From a candidate division WOR-3 bacterium (GTDB lineage Bacteria; Hydrothermota; Hydrothermia; LBFQ01), in assembly GCA_027050205.1 (NCBI GenBank), contig JALUCS010000104.1, forward strand, positions 19,711-83,710: a stretch of 64,000 nucleotides of DNA, given 5' to 3'. The notes under the pieces were generated by a model. It did not search any database. It was not told the origin of the DNA and worked only from the letters and a program-made list of their open reading frames with translations. Shown here piece by piece: positions 58,852 to 64,000 of this stretch (positions are counted from its first letter, which is position 1; every line of letters starts with the position of its first letter). The translations under genes and the position numbers were made by a program.

Positions 58852-59738
58852 GCCGTTATTTTAAGGCCGCCCGCTTCTCCCTCCAACCTCCGACGTTTTG
58901 TCGCCGTATGCGGAGGTTAGGGAATTGTCTTAAAATATCGCATTTTTGACAGAATTTGTGGATAAAATTTGAAAATAATGCAGAATTATACACGTTTTAC
59001 GTTCTACGAATAGGAGTCCTCCCCGCACACTCGCCTAAGAATGAACGGCGTCCGGATTCGCCGGATATTCGGTTTGTAAGTATGATTTTATGAGATTTTG
59101 AACGAGTAAGTATATTGATGCACATATTTTGATGTAATATTTGTAAATTTTGTGAATTTTTATAAAATTTTGCGTTGTAATAATGAGGATAATTTTGGTT
59201 TGTGGTTATATTTATATTGAAACATAAAAATTTTCCATAAAAACTGAACTTCTATATCATTTATTGCAAGATTTTGAAAAATATTTGGAGTATTATGACA
59301 TCGTCGGAGGGTTACCGTGCCATCAATCGGGTACCCTTTAACAGCGCAGAGTCCGGGCCTGATTCGGGAGTTTTTTGACGAACACAAAGAAACACGGCTA
59401 TAGATGTGTTTCACTTGTGCATAAATACGTTGAAAGGTGATACAGTTCGGTAGGTGCAACACAAATGTTCGGTACAAAAATCGGGAATTTTCTATCTCTA
59501 TTATTCAAGACCGCATTATTCGGCTCAAAAACTGGAAGTTAAACTTTGAAAATCATAAGTAGATTTAAACAAAATAATAGTTAAATCCCAGCAATATTTT
59601 ACATATACCACTTTAAAAAAAATTAATCCAAATTGTAATTTAATCCCGAAAAACTCCTATATCCACCAAACACCCACCAAAGCTTCTAAGATGGATCACA
59701 ACGAAGTCAGCAGTCCCGTCAGGTCCAACTACTCCCGC
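58852..59738. repeat. AT-rich non-coding island F; minus-strand repeats at 59523-59592, phased A/T tracts at 59120-59290
   Basis: No credible CDS; appears the most AT-rich stretch in the window. Confidence 0.7.
58858..58863 (-). promoter_or_regulatory. -10 box (TAAAAT) of leaderless glmS transcript
   Basis: 6 nt before the GTG start, no SD. Confidence 0.65.
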
Positions 59739-60422
59739 CTAACCTCCCTTTATCCACCTAAGGCCAGGGACCTTGAACCTGTAGCCCACCTTCAGACGCA
59801 CGCTGTCCCCCCAGACCTCCATAACCCTCACCTTACCGAAGAAATCTCCGGGGGCGTAGGGGAGGGTGTCTATATCCGGTGAGCCTCTGTCCATCCAGAT
59901 GGCATGACCGTAGGAGGAATCGGCCGGTACCGTGGCGATAACGGTGTCCGCATAACCTCCCGTATCCGGGGCGAGGCCTTCGTGCAGCGTAGGGGAGATA
60001 TAGACCCTCCTGTCCCCCCGGTTAAGCCCTATGAGGTATATGGACGTATCTATCCGTACCACCTTCAGGTAGAAGCCATCTCCCGGCAAAGTGTCCCCCT
60101 CCTCGTAGAGCTGGATGGGGAGGCCTTCGCTTAGCATAAGGACGTTCCTGCATCCGGACGATAGGCAGGTCTTGACGTCCTCAACCTCCGGCGCTGGCAG
60201 GGCATGGCCGCACCTCTCCACGTAAAGCTCCCTCCTCGGCTCGGCGAACGTGTCGGTCCAAGTCTCCTCACCCGGCAGGCAGCATTCAACCTCAAGTTTC
60301 GCCCCGCGAGCTATGGCCCGTAGGTTTATCGTCCTCTTTTCGCACTCGCAGACGTTGCACTTGAACCCCATCATAAGCCATACGGTCAGGAGCATCAGGA
60401 AAATACGTAAGGCCTTCTCCAT
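59739..60422 (-). CDS. Cys-rich putative lipoprotein, paralog B
   Basis: Signal peptide ending MGFK/C, CNVCEC; shares GDTLPGDGFYLKV, LAPDTGGY and VPGLRWIKGG with its neighbour. Confidence 0.75.
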   Translation of the reverse strand: MEKALRIFLMLLTVWLMMGFKCNVCECEKRTINLRAIARGAKLEVECCLPGEETWTDTFAEPRRELYVERCGHALPAPEVEDVKTCLSSGCRNVLMLSEGLPIQLYEEGDTLPGDGFYLKVVRIDTSIYLIGLNRGDRRVYISPTLHEGLAPDTGGYADTVIATVPADSSYGHAIWMDRGSPDIDTLPYAPGDFFGKVRVMEVWGDSVRLKVGYRFKVPGLRWIKGG

Positions 60423-60426
60423 AACG

Positions 60427-61134
60427 TTATCCTCCCTTTATCCACCTTAACCCCGGTACGTTGAAGGGCGTGGATCTGTAGAGTACCCTTATCCTGACAC
60501 TGTCTCCACTGACTCCTAAGACGGTTATCTTGCCAAAGATGTCGCCCGGGGCGACGAAGTTTATGTCCCTATCCCCTCTGTCTAACCACAGGGCGTGGCC
60601 GTAGGACGGGTCGGTCGGGACCAAAGCCCTTACGGTGTCGGAGTACCCTCCAGTGTCCGGAGCCAAATTGTCGTAGAGGTCGGGGGAGATATGCACCCTA
60701 CCGCTCCCGTATTCAAGCCCTATAAGGTATATGGACGTATCCATCCGTGCCACCTTCAGGTAGAAGCCATCGCCCGGAAGGGTATCCCCATCGCTGTAAA
60801 GGTGAATGGGGTAGAAGATGTCTAAACCTATAACGTTGGCACAGGTGTCCGAGGCGCATACGAGCGTATCCTTCACGATTGGTCTGTAGAGGAGGGTTAT
60901 ACTGCAGCTTTCGTTTCCCACAGTTATTTCCGGAACGACCTCCCGAAAGGTATCCGTGACGAAGTCTCCCGATTCGGGGGAACACCACGTCGCCTCAAGG
61001 TAGCGTCCCCTATCCAGGGCATAGGTGCTGACGTTCGGAGGTAGACAGGAGCATTCGCACTCGGAGCCACATCTACCTCCTACCAACAGTAGGAGGGTCG
61101 CAGTTAGCAAGGAGAACTTCAAAAGACGTCTCAT
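60427..61134 (-). CDS. Cys-rich putative lipoprotein, paralog A
   Basis: Signal peptide ending VGGR/C, CGSECECSC; paralog of 59739..60422. Confidence 0.75.
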   Translation of the reverse strand: MRRLLKFSLLTATLLLLVGGRCGSECECSCLPPNVSTYALDRGRYLEATWCSPESGDFVTDTFREVVPEITVGNESCSITLLYRPIVKDTLVCASDTCANVIGLDIFYPIHLYSDGDTLPGDGFYLKVARMDTSIYLIGLEYGSGRVHISPDLYDNLAPDTGGYSDTVRALVPTDPSYGHALWLDRGDRDINFVAPGDIFGKITVLGVSGDSVRIRVLYRSTPFNVPGLRWIKGG

Positions 61135-61300
61135 TGTACTATCGCCCTCTTAAGGGAACGCTCGGCCCCACCGCGGGGCAGCTACCTCCCATTGGACCTC
61201 CAACTCTCCTCTCATTCCCGGTGGCGTATGGATAAACGTACTCAACCCCCAATATTGTAAGGCCGAAAAGCCACCCATTGCCCGGCGGAAACGGTAGTCC

Positions 61301-62140
61301 CTACCCCAAGACCATAGCCACCATGCTCAAGAACATATAGGACGAGGCCAGTTTGAATAGGAGGAAGGCCCTTCTGCTGTCGGGTTCCCGAACGTTCAGG
61401 AGGGATACGGCGAAGAAGAAAAGGAAAGCCGTAGTCAGGAGGGCGAAAGTGAGGAGGGAGGCCTTGAGGAACGCGGCCGTTATGAGCATGGCCAGGTAGG
61501 AGAGGAGGACGAAGAGGGGGACGAGGTACATGGAGAAGCGGATGCCATAGACGTTGGGGAGGACGGGGACGCCGGCCTGTGCGTAGTCCTCCCGGTACCT
61601 AACCTCAAAGGTCACGTTGTGGATGGGGACCCACAGCAGGACGATGAGGGCGAGGAGGAGGCCGAGGGTGTCTATCCGTCCCGTAGCGAGTACCCTCCCG
61701 CCAAGGATGGGCATGGCCCCTGCTATCCCACCCCAGAGTATGGACCACGGGGTGCGTCTCTTCGTCCATAGTGTATAGACGAAGACGTTGAAGAAGAAAC
61801 CAACGAGGGCCACGAGGCCGTAAAGTACTCCGAGGTAGAAAGACCAGGCAAGACCAACGGCCGAAGATACCAACGCCACCATCAGGACCTCGTTTCGGGG
61901 TACCCTCCCCGCAGGTATGGGCCTGTGCTTCGTCCTCTCCATGAGCGAGTCTATGTCGGCATCGTACCACATGTTGAAGAGGGTAGCCCCCCCGATGGTA
62001 AGGAGCATACTACCGAGGAGGTGGAGGACCTCCACAGAGAGGAGCCTCCCGGCCGTAAGGTATCCCACCAGACCGGTGAAGACGAGCATCAGGGTCTGGT
62101 AGGGCTTCGTCATTATCAGGTAGTCCTTGAGCCGACTCAT
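61301..62140 (-). CDS. ctaB: Protoheme IX farnesyltransferase (heme O synthase)
   Basis: TKP, NMWYDADID..M.RT..RPIPAG, KRRT, Y.EDYAQAGVP.LP; start moved to 62140 (ATGA overlap). Confidence 0.93.
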   Translation of the reverse strand: MSRLKDYLIMTKPYQTLMLVFTGLVGYLTAGRLLSVEVLHLLGSMLLTIGGATLFNMWYDADIDSLMERTKHRPIPAGRVPRNEVLMVALVSSAVGLAWSFYLGVLYGLVALVGFFFNVFVYTLWTKRRTPWSILWGGIAGAMPILGGRVLATGRIDTLGLLLALIVLLWVPIHNVTFEVRYREDYAQAGVPVLPNVYGIRFSMYLVPLFVLLSYLAMLITAAFLKASLLTFALLTTAFLFFFAVSLLNVREPDSRRAFLLFKLASSYMFLSMVAMVLG

Positions 62141-62955
62141 CCTATCGCCCTCCAGAAGAGGAGGAGCAAGGTAATGAGGGCGAGGGTGTAGTGGAGGGTG
62201 ACCATCGTGGGGCTTAGCATACTGTAGGCGGAGAGGGCGCCAAAGATGCCGGTTAAGAGGACGAGGAGGGAGATAGTGAGGAACCACTTTTTATTTCGTC
62301 CCACAAAGGTGAAGTAGAGGGAGAAGCCGAGAATAATGTATCCGAAACTGCGATGTACTACCTGAAGCATCACCTCTCCAGTCCACGGCTGCCCAAGGCA
62401 GAGGAAGACGTCCTGACCGCAGGCGAACCCCGCTTGAGCCTTCCTAACCGTAGTCCCCAACAGTATCTGTACGAAGAGGAGGGCAAACAGGACGAGCGTA
62501 AGTTGCCCGTCCCTATCTTTGGCCCACGAGAAGGAAGGGGGGGGAGAGTCTGCCCACTTGAGCATCAGGACAGCCGTAAGGATCGTCAGCAGGCCGAACA
62601 GGGCGTGGGATATGGACACCCAGAAGGGCATCTTCAGTATGACCGTCAGGCCGCCTATGATAATTTGGGCGACGAGGAATATGGCAAGCCATACCCCGGC
62701 CTCCAACAGGAAAGTTCCCCTGTACCTCTTAACGGCCAAGACCGTAGTACCTACCACGAAGACCGAAGTGAAGGCGGCGAGGAGTCTGTGGACGTACTCC
62801 AACATAGCCATGCTCTGTTCCGGGGGGAGGAGACTGCCGTAGCAAAGGGGCCAGTCAGGGCAACCCAAACAGGCTCCGAGGGCAGCCGTGGCGCTACCAA
62901 AGACCATCAGACCCACCATGCTGATTAGCGTTCCCCAGAGTAAAAACTTCCTCAT
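62137..62955 (-). CDS. ctaA: Heme A synthase (COX15/CtaA)
   Basis: GCPDWPLC, EYVHR, GGLTV, VVHR, TLH; TAGAAT 62968-62973. Confidence 0.92.
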   Translation of the reverse strand: MRKFLLWGTLISMVGLMVFGSATAALGACLGCPDWPLCYGSLLPPEQSMAMLEYVHRLLAAFTSVFVVGTTVLAVKRYRGTFLLEAGVWLAIFLVAQIIIGGLTVILKMPFWVSISHALFGLLTILTAVLMLKWADSPPPSFSWAKDRDGQLTLVLFALLFVQILLGTTVRKAQAGFACGQDVFLCLGQPWTGEVMLQVVHRSFGYIILGFSLYFTFVGRNKKWFLTISLLVLLTGIFGALSAYSMLSPTMVTLHYTLALITLLLLFWRAIG

Positions 62956-63054
62956 ACTGGAGGGGGGATTCTAAACCCGATGACTTTACTCAAAATATCA
63001 AACGGTTTCTACCCACGACGGTGGAGTTTATCTCACTTTAGGGACGATTCAGGG

Positions 63055-63957
63055 CTAAGATACGACCTGCTCGGCGTAGCGGATGAGGAGTTTGGTGAGG
63101 TAGAGGATGAATTCGGCATCGGGGCGGCGGATGGGGGCTATTTCCGTTTCGTGGAGACCGGTTGAGGATAAGCTTTCAACTGCGGCAAAGATTTCATTGA
63201 TTTTGTCCTTAAGTTTCTCCCATTTGCGTTTATCGCCTTTATCAATCTGCTTCCCTACGTAATCCTTTATAATCTTTACAGCCTCCCTGCAGTGAGCGAA
63301 AACGCTTTTATCGTCCCAGTTCCTGAAACTAACTTCGGCCTGACGCACGTACTCCCACGCCTTTTTGATAACCTCATTACCCTTGGGAATTTCCACAACG
63401 ATGTACTCTCCGAGACCGAGTTTGGGGGCAAAGTCGTGAACCCAGTCGGAGGCGGGGATGTGTAAGCTTTTGTATTGAAAGACTCTATCCATATTTACCC
63501 AATATTGAAGGTGAGGATGGGGAGGATAGGAACGCACTTCTTCAATTTTTAAATAAAGAAGGCGAAATTCTAAATCGGCGATCAATTCCAAATCCTTTTT
63601 TGGGTTCGTGTTTCTAAGATTGTCTAAAAGATTTAATGTTTGTGGATCAAGGTACGTTATACCATAAGCACTTTCCACAAATTCCTCTTTACTGATAGCG
63701 TTCAAATTATCTTTACTAATCATAACCCTTGGTTTGAGTGGTATGTATTGGATGTCTGAATTAGTGTACAGAGGAAAAGGGAGAATGGGAGAAATAACCC
63801 TATAATCCTTTGTAAATAACACACCATTCAAAAATTCAACAACGGGACGGGTTTCTTGGGGATGGGAAAATTGTCCCTCAACCTTAAAAGCGAATCTTAA
63901 AGTGGGCCGTGCATCTTCACCTGCCCTTACCTCTACTTCTACCTTTTTCACCTCCAC
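63055..63957 (-). CDS. AT-rich hypothetical protein with C-terminal HEPN/Abi-C-like helical domain
   Basis: Atypical low-GC codons; CREAV...GLH...DAEFILYLTKLLIRY; SD GGAGG upstream. Confidence 0.6.
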   Translation of the reverse strand: MEVKKVEVEVRAGEDARPTLRFAFKVEGQFSHPQETRPVVEFLNGVLFTKDYRVISPILPFPLYTNSDIQYIPLKPRVMISKDNLNAISKEEFVESAYGITYLDPQTLNLLDNLRNTNPKKDLELIADLEFRLLYLKIEEVRSYPPHPHLQYWVNMDRVFQYKSLHIPASDWVHDFAPKLGLGEYIVVEIPKGNEVIKKAWEYVRQAEVSFRNWDDKSVFAHCREAVKIIKDYVGKQIDKGDKRKWEKLKDKINEIFAAVESLSSTGLHETEIAPIRRPDAEFILYLTKLLIRYAEQVVS

Positions 63958-63958
63958 C

Positions 63959-64000
63959 CTACACCTCCCTTATCACCTCCCCCACCTCTCCCCTCCCAAC
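63959..64000 (-). CDS. Possible 3' end of a gene entering from the right edge (partial)
   Basis: Open frame VGRGEVGEVIREV to TAG abutting the next start. Confidence 0.35.
   Translation of the reverse strand, partial: VGRGEVGEVIREV

Noticed and set aside
58852..59100. glmS ribozyme upstream of glmS
   Set aside because: No recognisable ribozyme core, and a -10 box 6 nt from the start implies a leaderless mRNA.
59407..59422. parS sites (TGTTTCAC at 59407, GTGAAACA at 15681)
   Set aside because: Only half-sites; the 16-bp palindrome is not completed.
1..64000. Alternative genetic code or stop-codon recoding
   Set aside because: Conserved proteins are full length under code 11 and all three stops are used.

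Overview
Compact, GC-rich chromosomal window from a probably thermophilic diderm bacterium. AGG/ATA-rich codon usage and T9SS-type C-terminal domains suggest an FCB-related lineage such as WOR-3; this is inference. It holds about 70 CDS and one tRNA-Gln(UUG). Housekeeping genes are mostly detached from their usual operon partners (pheS, rplT, gyrA, gatC, tig, asnS, glyQ, murC, glmS, gltA, ctaA/B). A 2-oxoacid oxidoreductase operon carries a delta subunit fused to a GltD-like flavoprotein. Main unexplained structure: six 0.8-1.6 kb AT-rich non-coding islands (6442 bp, about 10% of the window) that share a degenerate 20-23 bp tandem repeat with an AAGTCnGACTT core, helically phased A-tracts and other common modules. 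Other notable points: (1) TA[GTAC]AAT -10 boxes 5-12 nt before start codons, implying a leaderless transcriptome. (2) Ultra-short signal peptides on secreted proteins. (3) Three tandem gene arrays (HAF-repeat x2, Uma2 x5, MNT-HEPN x3) whose junctions fall on expression signals. (4) gatC abutting tRNA-Gln. (5) Strong TCGA avoidance. No CRISPR, rRNA, integrase or transposase was seen. All comparisons were made by eye.
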